A DNA stretch of 64,000 bases, taken from assembly GCA_026415155.1 (NCBI GenBank), contig JAOAHQ010000031.1, forward strand, positions 5,347 through 69,346, written 5' to 3'. Position 1 is the first letter of the stretch; every line of letters begins with the position of its first letter. This DNA is from Rhodocyclaceae bacterium (lineage in GTDB: Bacteria > Pseudomonadota > Gammaproteobacteria > Burkholderiales > Rhodocyclaceae). Both the position numbers and the translations under genes were made by a program. Positions 1-9,507 of the stretch are shown piece after piece. The notes beneath the pieces are model-generated. The model saw only the letters and a program-made list of their open reading frames with translations, searched no databases and was not told where the DNA came from.

Positions 1-263
1 GGCCGAACCGCGCCTACAACGTCTGCGACGACTCTGTGCTACCGATGGGCGAGTGGTTCGACAAGCTCGCCGCTGCCTTCGGCCTGCCGCGCGCGCCACG
101 CCTGCCGCGTGCGGAGCTCAAGCACCGGCTTTCGCCGCCACAGCTTTCATTCATGGCCGAATCGCGCCGCCTCGATAATCGCCGCATGAAGCGCGAGCTT
201 AAGCTGCGCCTTGTCTATCCTACGGTCGATCACGGCATCGCCGCCGCCTTGGAGAACCGTTGA
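1..263 (+). CDS. C-terminal part of NAD-dependent epimerase/SDR-family protein (partial at window edge)
   Basis: Frame reads ...AYNVCDD...SFMAESRRLDNRRMKRELKLRLVYP, a typical C-terminus of extended SDR proteins. Confidence 0.7.
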   Translation, partial: PNRAYNVCDDSVLPMGEWFDKLAAAFGLPRAPRLPRAELKHRLSPPQLSFMAESRRLDNRRMKRELKLRLVYPTVDHGIAAALENR

Positions 264-679
264 TGCTTTGGCTCAAGTCTTTCCATATCTTTTTCGTCGT
301 CTCCTGGTTCGCCGGGCTCTTTTACCTGCCACGTCTCTTCGTCAATCTCGCGCTGGTGCCATCTGACAGCCAGGCGGAGCGCGAGCGGCTGCTCCTCATG
401 GCCAGAAAGCTCTACCGCTTCGTCACCCCGATCGGCCTGCTGGCTGTGGCCACGGGCCTGGCGCTTTGGTTCGGCTTCGGTTTCCGCGGCGGCTGGCTGC
501 ATGCCAAGACGGCGCTCGTCGCGCTCTTGCTCGCCTACCACTTCTACTGCGGCAAGCTCTACCGCGATTTTTCCGCCGGCACGAACGCCCGCTCGCATCT
601 TTGGTTCCGCGTCTATAACGAGCTGCCGGTCTTCCTGCTGCTCGCGGTCGTCATCCTCGTCGTGGTGAAGCCCTTTTGA
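260..679 (+). CDS. hemJ: Protoporphyrinogen IX oxidase HemJ (CopD-like membrane protein)
   Basis: WLKSFHIFFVVSWFAGLFYLPRLFV and RVYNELP motifs; hydrophobic, 4 TM-like. Confidence 0.85.
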   Translation: MMLWLKSFHIFFVVSWFAGLFYLPRLFVNLALVPSDSQAERERLLLMARKLYRFVTPIGLLAVATGLALWFGFGFRGGWLHAKTALVALLLAYHFYCGKLYRDFSAGTNARSHLWFRVYNELPVFLLLAVVILVVVKPF

Positions 680-1887
680 GCGCCGCGCGCCGCGTCGTCA
701 AGCGGGCCGCGCCGGCGGCCGCAGAGCATTGGTTCGCTACCTGCCCGCGCGGGCTCGAAGCGCTGCTCGCCGAGGACATCGCCGCGGCGGGCGGCGAGGC
801 GGTCGCGCCGACGGCCGGCGGGGTGGCCTTCAGCGGATCGCTCGAGGTGGGTTACCGCCTCAACCTGCATTCGCGCATCGCGGGCCGCGTGCTGCGCCGT
901 CTCGCCAGCGCCGAGTTTCGCGACGAGCACGACCTCTACCGCCAGGCGCTCGACATCGCCTGGCCGCGCCTCTTCGAGGTGACGCGCAGCATTCGCGTCG
1001 ATGTCACCGCCGTGCGCGCGCCTCTGAAGAGCATCGAGTTCGTCACCTTGCGCATCAAGGATGCCGTCTGCGACCGCTTCCGCGCCGAGCTCGGCCGGCG
1101 GCCCGATGTCGATACCGCCCATCCCGACGTGCGCATCCATCTCTTCCTCGCCGAGCGGCAGGCGATCTTCTACCTCGACACCTCGGGCGAGCCGCTCTGG
1201 TTGAGAGGCCAGAAGATCGCCAAGGTCGCCGCGCCCTTGAAGGAAAACCTCGCGGCGGGCCTGCTGCGGCCGGCGGGCTGGCAGCCGGGGATGCCCTTCT
1301 TCGATCCGATGTGCGGCTCGGGCACGCTGCTCTTAGAAGCCGCCGGCATGGCGCTCGATCGGGCGCCGGGACTCACCCGCAAGACATCGCAGTTCGGCTT
1401 TGCGAAGCTTGCCGATTTCGATGCGGCGCTCTGGCAGCGCTTGTGTCTGGAAGCCCGCGCTCGGCAGCGCCATGCAGAGCGCCTGCCGATCTGGGGCAGC
1501 GATAACGATGCCGATGCCGTAGCGCGCGCGCGGCAGAACCTTGCCTATGCCGGGCTCGATGAGCTCGTTACGGTCGAACAGGCCGATCTGCTCGCGCTCA
1601 AGGCGCCCGCGCCGATGGGCGTTTTGATCGCCAATCCGCCCTATGGCGAGCGCCTGGGCGATCTCGAGGCGCTCGCAGCCTTCTATCCGCGGCTCGGCGA
1701 TGCGCTCAAAAAGCATTTCGCTGGCTGGACGGCCTGGTTCTTCTCGGCCGATGCGCGCCTGCCCAAACTCATTGGGCTTAAACCCAAACGCAAGATTCCG
1801 CTCTGGAACGGGCCGCTCGAATGTAGGCTTTATGGCTTCGAGCTCTATGCCGGAACCGCTCGTCAGCCCGGCGAGGGGAAGAAGTAG
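676..1887 (+). CDS. rlmL: THUMP-domain class I SAM rRNA methyltransferase (RlmL-like)
   Basis: ATCPRGLE, APLKENLAA, DPMCGSGT, NPPYGER motifs. Confidence 0.85.
   Translation: MSAARRVVKRAAPAAAEHWFATCPRGLEALLAEDIAAAGGEAVAPTAGGVAFSGSLEVGYRLNLHSRIAGRVLRRLASAEFRDEHDLYRQALDIAWPRLFEVTRSIRVDVTAVRAPLKSIEFVTLRIKDAVCDRFRAELGRRPDVDTAHPDVRIHLFLAERQAIFYLDTSGEPLWLRGQKIAKVAAPLKENLAAGLLRPAGWQPGMPFFDPMCGSGTLLLEAAGMALDRAPGLTRKTSQFGFAKLADFDAALWQRLCLEARARQRHAERLPIWGSDNDADAVARARQNLAYAGLDELVTVEQADLLALKAPAPMGVLIANPPYGERLGDLEALAAFYPRLGDALKKHFAGWTAWFFSADARLPKLIGLKPKRKIPLWNGPLECRLYGFELYAGTARQPGEGKK
896..918 (+). repeat. Dispersed 23-bp motif copy
   Basis: GCCGTCTCGCCAGCGCCGAGTTT inside rlmL-like CDS (RRLASAEF). Confidence 0.85.
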
Positions 1888-2447
1888 GGCCAAAGCAGCT
1901 TGCCGACGAGCGCAGCGATGATGAGGGCCAAGACGATCTTGTGGGTGGCGAGCTTGAAGACGAGCTTGCCGAACAGCGCGCCTAAGCCTTCATCGTGCTC
2001 GGCGGCCGCCTGGCGCCGGTCGAGGCCGGAGCGTCGCTCTGGGCTGCCTGGGCGCGGGGCAGCGCGCCGGTCGGCCTGCTGGCGGCGCTCAGGGCCGCGC
2101 TCGCGCAGGTCGACGTCGCGCGAGGCGAGCGGATCGGCCAAGGCCGGCCCCTTTTCGTGGCGCCGGTGGTCGATTTCCTCGACCATGCGCAAGGCCTCGC
2201 GATAGGGGATCTTCTGCTGGCGCGCGAGGTCGATGGCGCGCACCATCCGGTTGGTTTCCTGCAGAAAGAGGAGCTCTTCGCTCACATCGACGGGCAAGCC
2301 CTGGCGCTTGCCGTCGCGCGAATCCATGATCAGGTGGTCGATGTAGCCGTCGAGCTCGCTGCTGCCCCAGATGAGGCAGACGCGTTTGACGAGGTGCGGC
2401 ATGCGCTCAAGCGCAGCACTGTAGCGGGGCAAGAGCGGTGCGTCCAA
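1863..2447 (-). CDS. Hypothetical protein with C-terminal TM helix and two ERRxxxDRR motifs
   Basis: Follows pilU co-directionally; PHLV..IWG..ELD.YID.LIMDSRDG.RQGLP domain; hydrophobic C-terminus; start may be the ATG near 2402. Confidence 0.65.
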   Translation of the reverse strand: MDAPLLPRYSAALERMPHLVKRVCLIWGSSELDGYIDHLIMDSRDGKRQGLPVDVSEELLFLQETNRMVRAIDLARQQKIPYREALRMVEEIDHRRHEKGPALADPLASRDVDLRERGPERRQQADRRAAPRPGSPERRSGLDRRQAAAEHDEGLGALFGKLVFKLATHKIVLALIIAALVGKLLWPYFFPSPG

Positions 2448-2462
2448 GATGCGGTCGGAAAA

Positions 2463-3599
2463 TCAGACGATGTCGAGATGCTGGATGCCGGAAGAAAGAT
2501 CCTTGTCGGCGAGCTCCTTGCCATGCAGCTTGATCATCAGCCGCACTTCGTTCATCGAATCGGCAAAGCGCAGCGCGTCCTCGTAGCTGATCTGGCCGGC
2601 TTCATAGAGCTCGAAGAGCGCCTGGTCGAAGGTCTGCATGCCAAGTTCCCGGCTCTTCTTCATGATCTCCTTGATTTCATGCACCTCGCCCTTGGCGATG
2701 AGATCGGAGATGAGCGGCGAGTTGAGCAGGATCTCGACGGCGGCCACGCGCCCCTTGCCTTCCTTTTTCGGAATGAGCCGCTGCGAGACGACCGCCTTGA
2801 GGTTGAGCGAGAGGTCCATCAGGAGCTGCGGGCGGCGCTCTTCGGGGAAGAAATTGATGATGCGGTCCATCGCCTGGTTCGCGTTGTTCGCATGCAGCGT
2901 GCCCAGGCACAAATGGCCGGTTTCGGCGAAGGCGATCGCGTGCTCCATGACCTCGCGGTCGCGGATCTCGCCGATCAGGATCACGTCCGGCGCCTGGCGC
3001 AGCGTGTTCTTGAGGGCTGCCTCCCAGGATTCGGTATCGACGCCGACTTCGCGCTGCGTGACGATGCAGTTCTTGTGCTCATGCACGTATTCGACCGGAT
3101 CCTCGATCGTGATGATGTGGCCGTAGCTGTTTTCGTTGCGATAGCCGATCATTGCGGCAAGCGAAGTCGACTTGCCCGAGCCCGTGCCGCCGACGAAGAG
3201 CACTAAGCCGCGCTTCGTCATCGCGACGTCCTTGAGCACAGGGGGAAGCCCCAAATCGTCGAACTTCGGGATCGTCGTCGTGATGGTGCGCAAGACGAGG
3301 CCGGTGCGCCCCTGTTGGACGAAGGCATTGACGCGAAAGCGGCCGATGCCGGCCGGGCTGATCGCGAAGTTGCATTCCTTGGTCGCCTCGAATTCGGCGG
3401 CCTGCTTGTCGTTCATCACCGCGCGCGCGAGCTCGATCGTGTGCTGCGGCGTCAAGGGCTGGGCGGTGACCGGCGTGATCTTGCCGTCGATCTTGATCGC
3501 GGGCGGAAAGCCGGCGGTGAGAAAGAGGTCGGAGCCCTTCTTCTGCACCATCATGGCGAGCAGCTGGTGCATGAATTTGAGCGCTTCGTCGCGTTCCAT
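2463..3599 (-). CDS. pilU: Type IV pilus retraction ATPase PilU
   Basis: GGTGSGKST Walker A, TIEDPVE, LRQAPDVILIGEIRD; ATG at 3599 (MERDEAL); follows pilT. Confidence 0.92.
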   Translation of the reverse strand: MERDEALKFMHQLLAMMVQKKGSDLFLTAGFPPAIKIDGKITPVTAQPLTPQHTIELARAVMNDKQAAEFEATKECNFAISPAGIGRFRVNAFVQQGRTGLVLRTITTTIPKFDDLGLPPVLKDVAMTKRGLVLFVGGTGSGKSTSLAAMIGYRNENSYGHIITIEDPVEYVHEHKNCIVTQREVGVDTESWEAALKNTLRQAPDVILIGEIRDREVMEHAIAFAETGHLCLGTLHANNANQAMDRIINFFPEERRPQLLMDLSLNLKAVVSQRLIPKKEGKGRVAAVEILLNSPLISDLIAKGEVHEIKEIMKKSRELGMQTFDQALFELYEAGQISYEDALRFADSMNEVRLMIKLHGKELADKDLSSGIQHLDIV

Positions 3600-3616
3600 G
3601 CGTTTTCTCCCGTCTT

Positions 3617-4660
3617 TTAGCCTGGGAAGAGATCCTTGTTCGCCGCCTTGCTGCGCGCCTCGGCCGGCGAGACGATGTTGCGGCGCACCAGGTCTTGCAG
3701 GCACTGGTCGAGGGTCTGCATGCCGAACTGCTGACCGGTCTGGATCGCCGAATACATCTGGGCGATCTTGTTCTCGCGGATGAGGTTTCTGATCGCTGGC
3801 GTGCCGATCATGATCTCGTGCGCCGCGACACGGCCGCTGCCATCCTTGGTCTTGAGAAGCGTCTGGGAGATCACCGCGCGCAGCGATTCCGAAAGCATCG
3901 CGCGCACCATTTCCTTTTCCGCCGCCGGAAAGACATCGACGATGCGGTCGATGGTCTTGGCGGCCGATGAGGTGTGCAGCGTGCCGAAGACGAGGTGGCC
4001 GGTCTCGGCGCCGGTGAGCGCCAGGCGGATCGTTTCGAGGTCGCGCATCTCGCCGACGAGGATCACGTCCGGGTCCTCGCGCAGCGCCGAGCGCAGCGCA
4101 TTGTTGAAGGAGAGCGTATGCGGGCCGACCTCGCGCTGGTTGATGAGGCACTTCTTCGACTCATGGACGAATTCGATCGGATCCTCGATCGTCAAAATGT
4201 GGCCATATTCGTTCTCGTTGATGTGATCGATCATCGCCGCCAGCGTCGTCGATTTGCCCGAGCCGGTGGGGCCGGTGACGAGCACGATGCCGCGCGGCTG
4301 TTCGGCGATGTCCTTGAAGATCTTCGGCGCATTGAGCTGCTCGAGGGTCAGCACCTTGGAGGGAATCGTGCGCAGCACGGCCGCCGCGCCGCGCTGCTGG
4401 ACGAAGGCATTGACGCGAAAGCGCGCGAGGTTGGGCACGGCGAAGGAGAAGTCGCATTCGAGGTTCTCCTCGTAGTGCTTCCTCTGCGCATCGTTCATGA
4501 TGTCGTAGATCATCGCATGCACGTCCTTGTGCTCCATCGGCGGCAGGTTGATGCGCCGCACATCGCCATGCACGCGGATCATCGGCGGCAGTCCCGATGA
4601 CAGGTGCAAGTCGGACGCTTTGTTCTTGACGGCGAAGGCCAGCAGTTCGGTGATGTCCAT
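3617..4660 (-). CDS. pilT: Type IV pilus retraction ATPase PilT
   Basis: MDITELLAF start, GPTGSGKST, LREDPD, AIRNLIRE motif. Confidence 0.95.
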   Translation of the reverse strand: MDITELLAFAVKNKASDLHLSSGLPPMIRVHGDVRRINLPPMEHKDVHAMIYDIMNDAQRKHYEENLECDFSFAVPNLARFRVNAFVQQRGAAAVLRTIPSKVLTLEQLNAPKIFKDIAEQPRGIVLVTGPTGSGKSTTLAAMIDHINENEYGHILTIEDPIEFVHESKKCLINQREVGPHTLSFNNALRSALREDPDVILVGEMRDLETIRLALTGAETGHLVFGTLHTSSAAKTIDRIVDVFPAAEKEMVRAMLSESLRAVISQTLLKTKDGSGRVAAHEIMIGTPAIRNLIRENKIAQMYSAIQTGQQFGMQTLDQCLQDLVRRNIVSPAEARSKAANKDLFPG

Positions 4661-4716
4661 GCAATGCTCCAGGCAGGTTCGGGCAGGATGAGGCTTGGGT
4701 ATACTGAGCCGCGTAT

Positions 4717-5406
4717 ATGACAACAATTTTCGCCAACCTGCAAGCCGTCAAAGCGCGCATCGCCGCGGCATGCGCCGCCGCTGGCCGAGATGCCGCGACG
4801 GTCAAGCTCCTGGCTGTCTCGAAGACCTGGCCGGCCGGCTGCGTGCGCGAGGCGGCGGAAGCCGGCCAGCGGGCATTTGGCGAAAGCTATGTGCAAGAGG
4901 CGCTGCCCAAGCTCGCCGCGCTCGCCGATCTTGCCTTGGAATGGCACTTCATCGGGCCCTTGCAGAGCAACAAGACGCGCCTCGTGGCGGAAAACTTCGC
5001 GTGGGTGCACTCGGTCGACCGCGAGAAGATCGCCACGCGGCTTTCCGAACAGCGGCCGGCGCATCTACCCCCCTTGAACGTCTGCCTCGAGGTCAATCTA
5101 AGCGGCGAAGCGAGCAAGAGCGGCTGCGCGCCCGAAGAGGCCTTGGCGCTGGCGCGCTGCGTCGCCGCCTTGCCGAGGCTGCGTTTGCGCGGCCTGATGA
5201 CGATTCCCGAGCCAACGCCAGACTCGGCGCTGGCAAGACGGCGTTTCGCCGCCTTGCGCGAGCTCTGCGAGCGCCTACAGGCCGAGGGCCTGGCGCTCGA
5301 TACGCTCTCGATGGGCATGTCGAACGATCTCGAAGCGGCGATCTTGGAGGGCGCGACCATCGTGCGCGTCGGCACGGCCATTTTCGGAGAACGAGTAAAG
5401 CCATGA
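4717..5406 (+). CDS. yggS: PLP homeostasis protein YggS
   Basis: LLAVSKT, FGESYVQE, WHFIGPLQSNK, LSMGMS, VRVGTAIFG. Confidence 0.93.
   Translation: MTTIFANLQAVKARIAAACAAAGRDAATVKLLAVSKTWPAGCVREAAEAGQRAFGESYVQEALPKLAALADLALEWHFIGPLQSNKTRLVAENFAWVHSVDREKIATRLSEQRPAHLPPLNVCLEVNLSGEASKSGCAPEEALALARCVAALPRLRLRGLMTIPEPTPDSALARRRFAALRELCERLQAEGLALDTLSMGMSNDLEAAILEGATIVRVGTAIFGERVKP
5220..5242 (-). repeat. Dispersed 23-bp motif copy
   Basis: Reverse complement GCCGTCTTGCCAGCGCCGAGTCT inside yggS (DSALARR). Confidence 0.85.
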
Positions 5407-6215
5407 AAATCACTTTCATCGGCGGCGGCAACATGGCCACCGCCTTGATCGGCGGCCTGAAGCAACAGGGTTTTTCGGTCGCCGGCCTGCAAGTCGTCGA
5501 GCCTTCCGCCGCGGCGCGCGAGAGGCTGACGCAAGATTTCGGCGTGCGTTGCACGGAAGCGATCGACGCGGCGGCGCTCGCCTGCGAGGTGATTGTGCTT
5601 GCCGTCAAGCCGCAGCAGATGAAGGAGGCGATTGCGCCTCTCGCTGGCAGGCTTGCCGGCCAGCTCGTCATCAGCATCGCGGCGGGGCTCAAGCTGGCCG
5701 ACATCGGCCGCTGGCTCGGGGGCTACGCGAAGCTCGTGCGCGCGATGCCAAATACGCCGGCGCTCATCGGCGCGGGTGTCACGGGCCTCTTCGCCGCGCC
5801 GGCCGTTGCGCGTGAAGAGCACGCGCTGGCCGAAAAAATCCTTGGCGCCGTGGGCCGCTGCGTCTGGGTCGAGGAGGAAACGCTCATGGATGCCGTCACC
5901 GCCGTCTCCGGCAGCGGCCCGGCCTATGTCTTCTATTTCATCGAGGCGCTGCAAGGGGCGGGAATGAAGCTTGGCCTGCCCGAGGAGACGGCGCGCCTGT
6001 TGGCGATCGAAACCTTCCTCGGCGCGGCGCGGCTCGCTGCGACGAGCGATGAATCGGTCGCCACGCTGCGCGAGCGCGTCACCTCGAAAGGCGGCACGAC
6101 GGCGGCGGCGCTCGAAGCCTTCGCTGCCGCTGGCGTGGCCAGCGGCATCGCGCGCGGGGTGGCGGCCGCGGCGCAGCGCGGGCGGGAACTCGCCGAACTG
6201 TTCGGGAAAGACTAA
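5403..6215 (+). CDS. proC: Pyrroline-5-carboxylate reductase
   Basis: FIGGGNMA, AVKPQ, RAMPNTP, SGSGPAY, VTSKGGTT. Confidence 0.95.
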   Translation: MKITFIGGGNMATALIGGLKQQGFSVAGLQVVEPSAAARERLTQDFGVRCTEAIDAAALACEVIVLAVKPQQMKEAIAPLAGRLAGQLVISIAAGLKLADIGRWLGGYAKLVRAMPNTPALIGAGVTGLFAAPAVAREEHALAEKILGAVGRCVWVEEETLMDAVTAVSGSGPAYVFYFIEALQGAGMKLGLPEETARLLAIETFLGAARLAATSDESVATLRERVTSKGGTTAAALEAFAAAGVASGIARGVAAAAQRGRELAELFGKD

Positions 6216-6781
6216 TGCTCATCGAAATCCTCGGCCTGCTGCTCGGCACGGCGTCCCAGCTCATGACGCTTGCCTTCCTCGCGCGCCTCTGGATGCAGTG
6301 GACGCGCGCGCCGTTTCGCCAGCCCCTCGGCCAGTTCCTATTGACCCTCACCGACTGGGCGGTGCTCCCCTTGCGGCGCTGGCTGCGAGGCTTGTGGGGC
6401 ATCGATTGGGCGAGCGTGCTCGCCGCCTGGCTCGTGCAGCTCGTCTATCTCGCCATCATGACGAGCCTCACTGGCCTCGTGCTCTTTGGAGCGGGCGGCG
6501 TGCTCGGCGTGGCGCTCTTGGCGCTGCTGGCCGTGGTCAAAAGCTTCGTCTATCTCCTGATGGGCGTCATCATCATCGCGGCGCTACTTTCCTGGATCAA
6601 TCCCTATTCTCCGCTCGGCCCCTTGTTCGAGACGCTCGCGCGCCCGCTCCTGGCGCCCCTCCGCCGCTTTTTGCCTGCCGTGGGCGGCATCGACCTCTCG
6701 CCGCTCGTCGCTTTGCTTCTCTTGCAGGTCGTGCTGATCGTGCTCGGCCATGTGCAGCCGCTGGGCCTTCTCCTGCCATGA
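6215..6781 (+). CDS. yggT: YggT family membrane protein
   Basis: Two YggT repeats, GIDLSP motif; yggS-proC-yggT synteny. Confidence 0.88.
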   Translation: MLIEILGLLLGTASQLMTLAFLARLWMQWTRAPFRQPLGQFLLTLTDWAVLPLRRWLRGLWGIDWASVLAAWLVQLVYLAIMTSLTGLVLFGAGGVLGVALLALLAVVKSFVYLLMGVIIIAALLSWINPYSPLGPLFETLARPLLAPLRRFLPAVGGIDLSPLVALLLLQVVLIVLGHVQPLGLLLP

Positions 6782-7068
6782 CGGGCTGGCTGCGCGTAGA
6801 GGGTGAGCGCGTGATCCTGAATCTTTACGTCCAGCCAGGGGCGAAGAAGACCGAAATCGTCGGCGTGCATGGCGATGCGCTCAAGCTCAAGCTTGCCGCG
6901 CCGCCGGTGGAAGGCAAGGCCAACGCTGCCTTGCTCGCCTTCCTAGCCGCGCAAGTCGGCGCTCGCAAGACGGCCGTGGAGATCGTGAGCGGCGAGACTT
7001 CGCGTCTGAAGCGCGTGCGCATCTGCGGCATAGCGCCCGAAGCCATCCGTGCGGCGCTGGAGGGCTGA
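6778..7068 (+). CDS. yggU: DUF167 (YggU) family protein
   Basis: [22 protein letters not shown]; ATG at 6778 overlaps the yggT stop. Confidence 0.88.
   Translation: MTGWLRVEGERVILNLYVQPGAKKTEIVGVHGDALKLKLAAPPVEGKANAALLAFLAAQVGARKTAVEIVSGETSRLKRVRICGIAPEAIRAALEG
6952..6974 (-). repeat. Dispersed 23-bp motif copy
   Basis: Reverse complement GCCGTCTTGCGAGCGCCGACTTG inside yggU (QVGARKTA). Confidence 0.8.
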
Positions 7069-7904
7069 TGGCCACCTACGCGATCGGCGACCTGCAAGGC
7101 TGCTTCGAGCCCCTTCTTCGCCTGCTCGACTATCTGCAGTTCGATCCGGCGGCCGACCGCCTCTGGTTCGTCGGCGATCTCGTCAACCGCGGCCCGGATT
7201 CGCTGAAAGTCCTGCGCTTCGTCAAAGGCCTCGGCAAAGCCGCCGCGACCGTGCTCGGCAATCACGATCTGCATCTCGTCATGCAGGCCGAAGGCTTTGG
7301 CAAAGCCAACCAGGAAGATACGCTCGCCGAGGTGCTCGCCGCGCCTGATCGCGACGAGCTCGTCGCCTGGCTGCGCGCGCAGCCTTTGTTCCATTGCGAA
7401 AACGGCTGGGGCATGGTGCATGCCGGGCTTTTGCCGGCCTGGGATGTCGCCCAGGCTCAGGCGCTCTCGAATGAAGTGCAGGCCGCGCTCACCGCGCCGA
7501 CATACCGCGATTTTCTCGCCCACCTGTGGGGCTCGGAACCGGCGGCCTGGGACGACTCACTTTCCGGTTGGGATCGGCTGCGCGTGATCGTCAATGCGAT
7601 GACGCGCATGCGCTTTCTCTGGCCCGATGGCCGCATGGAATTTCGCGCGCCGGGCGCCAAGGGGCCGCCCGAGCGGGGGCCGGCGGGCTGTCTGCCGTGG
7701 TTCGAGGCGCCGGGCAGGAAGAGCGCCGACCACTTGATCATCTGCGGCCACTGGTCGGCGTTGGGCTTCAAAGAGACGCCGACGCTTCTGGCGCTGGATT
7801 CGGGCTGTCTGTGGGGAGGTGCGCTGACGGCGGTGCGTCTGGAAGACCGGCGGGTGTTCCAGATGCCTTGCGCTCAGTCGGCGAAGCCGACGGGCTGGGA
7901 GTGA
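7068..7904 (+). CDS. apaH: Symmetrical bis(5'-nucleosyl)-tetraphosphatase
   Basis: [34 protein letters not shown]. Confidence 0.93.
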   Translation: MATYAIGDLQGCFEPLLRLLDYLQFDPAADRLWFVGDLVNRGPDSLKVLRFVKGLGKAAATVLGNHDLHLVMQAEGFGKANQEDTLAEVLAAPDRDELVAWLRAQPLFHCENGWGMVHAGLLPAWDVAQAQALSNEVQAALTAPTYRDFLAHLWGSEPAAWDDSLSGWDRLRVIVNAMTRMRFLWPDGRMEFRAPGAKGPPERGPAGCLPWFEAPGRKSADHLIICGHWSALGFKETPTLLALDSGCLWGGALTAVRLEDRRVFQMPCAQSAKPTGWE

Positions 7905-8658
7905 GCGCTTCAATGTGGCCGAGATGCCAGGCAATCGCATGCCGGCAGCGGTGCGCGAGATGGCGGCGGTCGGCCGCCGCGCTCGAGACAGGCGCGAGGG
8001 TGCGCAAGCGCGCGGTGAGCCCATCTGAGCGCGCGATCGCCCAAAGCGTCTCGAAAAGCGTGATGTCGCCGTGGTAGGCGGGCGCGTGGCTTGCCCTCCC
8101 CTTGGCATCGACATAGGAGAGCGCAAGCGGCAGGACGGGCACGCCGGCGTCGATCGCGCTCTGGAACAAGGCGGCATGGAAAGGCAGCACGCGCGAGCCG
8201 TCGGTCGTCGTCCCCTCAGGGAAGACGGCCACCGGCGTGCCCTGTTCGAGCGCCGCGACGATCGTCTCGCGCGTGCGCGCGGCGGCGGCGCGCGAGCCGC
8301 GTGCGAGGAAGATCGTTTCGGTATGCGCGCAGAGCCAGCCGATCAAGGGCCAATCGCGCACCTCGTCCTTCGAGACGAAGGCGGCCGGCACGAGCGCGTT
8401 GATGACGAAGATGTCGAGCCAGGAAATGTGGTTGCAGACGATGAGGCCGGCGGGCCACGGCGCCGTCTTGCCAGCGCCGAGTTCGAGCCTCAAGCCGAGG
8501 ATGCCGATGAGCTGCCGCGACCAGCGGCGCTTCAAGGCGCGGCGCAGCGCAAGGCTTGCCCACGGATAGACGCAGGCGACCGTGGCGGCGCCCCACAGGA
8601 GATGCAATCCGACGCGCGCGAGGCGAAACAGGGCGCGCAGCTCGATTACGACGTTCAG
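7768..8658 (-). CDS. olsA: Lyso-(ornithine)lipid O-acyltransferase, PlsC/OlsA-like; start uncertain
   Basis: NHISWLD and FPEGTT acyltransferase motifs; directly downstream of olsB-like gene. Confidence 0.75.
   Translation of the reverse strand: MNVVIELRALFRLARVGLHLLWGAATVACVYPWASLALRRALKRRWSRQLIGILGLRLELGAGKTAPWPAGLIVCNHISWLDIFVINALVPAAFVSKDEVRDWPLIGWLCAHTETIFLARGSRAAAARTRETIVAALEQGTPVAVFPEGTTTDGSRVLPFHAALFQSAIDAGVPVLPLALSYVDAKGRASHAPAYHGDITLFETLWAIARSDGLTARLRTLAPVSSAAADRRHLAHRCRHAIAWHLGHIEALTPSPSASPTERKASGTPAGLPDAPPSAHLPTDSPNPAPEASASL
8462..8484 (+). repeat. Dispersed 23-bp motif copy
   Basis: GCCGTCTTGCCAGCGCCGAGTTC, antisense in olsA (ELGAGKTA). Confidence 0.85.
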
Positions 8659-9422
8659 CCTTGCCTCTCGACGAAGTGTTTCGAATAGCGCGAGTCTACC
8701 CGCGCCATCGGCAGCATGATCAAGAGGTCGGCGGTGTTGAAATCCGGATCCCAGGCCGGCTCGCCGCACACCCAGGCGCCGGCGCGCAGGTAGCCCTTCA
8801 AAAGCGGCGGGATTTCCGGTGTGGCGGCCGCTTCGATTTTTTCGAGCGGCAGCCGGTAGCGCGGAAAGACGCGATATTCGGGCGGGGCAAGATGCGCGGC
8901 GAGGGCCTCGTAGACCGCCACGGCATTGTGGCCGCCATCCTGCATGCCGATGCTCGCGCAGCCGATCAGGTATTCATGGCCGTTTTGCCGCATGTAGCGC
9001 GCCAGCCCCGACCACAAAAGCGCGATCGTCGCGCCGGTGCGGTAATCGGGGTCGATGCAGGAGCGGCCGATCTCGACGATGCGCGGCCGCAGATGGGCAA
9101 GCCGCGTGAGGTCGAATTCGTTTTCGGAATAGTAGCTGCCCACCGCGCGCGCCGCTTGCGGCGAGAGGATCCGGTAGGTGCCGACGATGCGGCCGGCCGC
9201 TTCGTCGCGCACGATCAAATGCTCGCAGTAGGGGTCGTAGATGTCGCGGTCGATGCCGGGCGTGCGCGTCGGCAGGCGGGCGCCGAGCTCCTCGGCGAAG
9301 ACGCGCCAGCGCAGCTTTTGCGCTTCAAGGATCTCCGATTCTGTCGCCGCGAGGGCCACATGAAGTTGCGGGCGGGCGCGGCGGAAGGTCGCGTCGAGCT
9401 GGATTTCGTTCCGGTGTTCCAT
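8655..9422 (-). CDS. olsB: GNAT N-acyltransferase, ornithine lipid synthase OlsB-like
   Basis: LRWRVFAEE, VGTYR, EIGRSC, PPLLKGYLRAGA, DPDFNTAD. Confidence 0.82.
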   Translation of the reverse strand: MEHRNEIQLDATFRRARPQLHVALAATESEILEAQKLRWRVFAEELGARLPTRTPGIDRDIYDPYCEHLIVRDEAAGRIVGTYRILSPQAARAVGSYYSENEFDLTRLAHLRPRIVEIGRSCIDPDYRTGATIALLWSGLARYMRQNGHEYLIGCASIGMQDGGHNAVAVYEALAAHLAPPEYRVFPRYRLPLEKIEAAATPEIPPLLKGYLRAGAWVCGEPAWDPDFNTADLLIMLPMARVDSRYSKHFVERQG

Positions 9423-9507
9423 GGCCGGTGCTCCTTGTCGGTGTCGTGTGCGACGACACTGTAGGAGACGGCCATTACCGCCGCATTGAAGCCGTGTTAC
9501 GGCTGGG

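Noticed and set aside
2463-4151. 562-aa ORF suggesting an extended PilU
   Set aside because: The upstream part is an off-frame overlap with pilT; the credible start is the ATG at 3599
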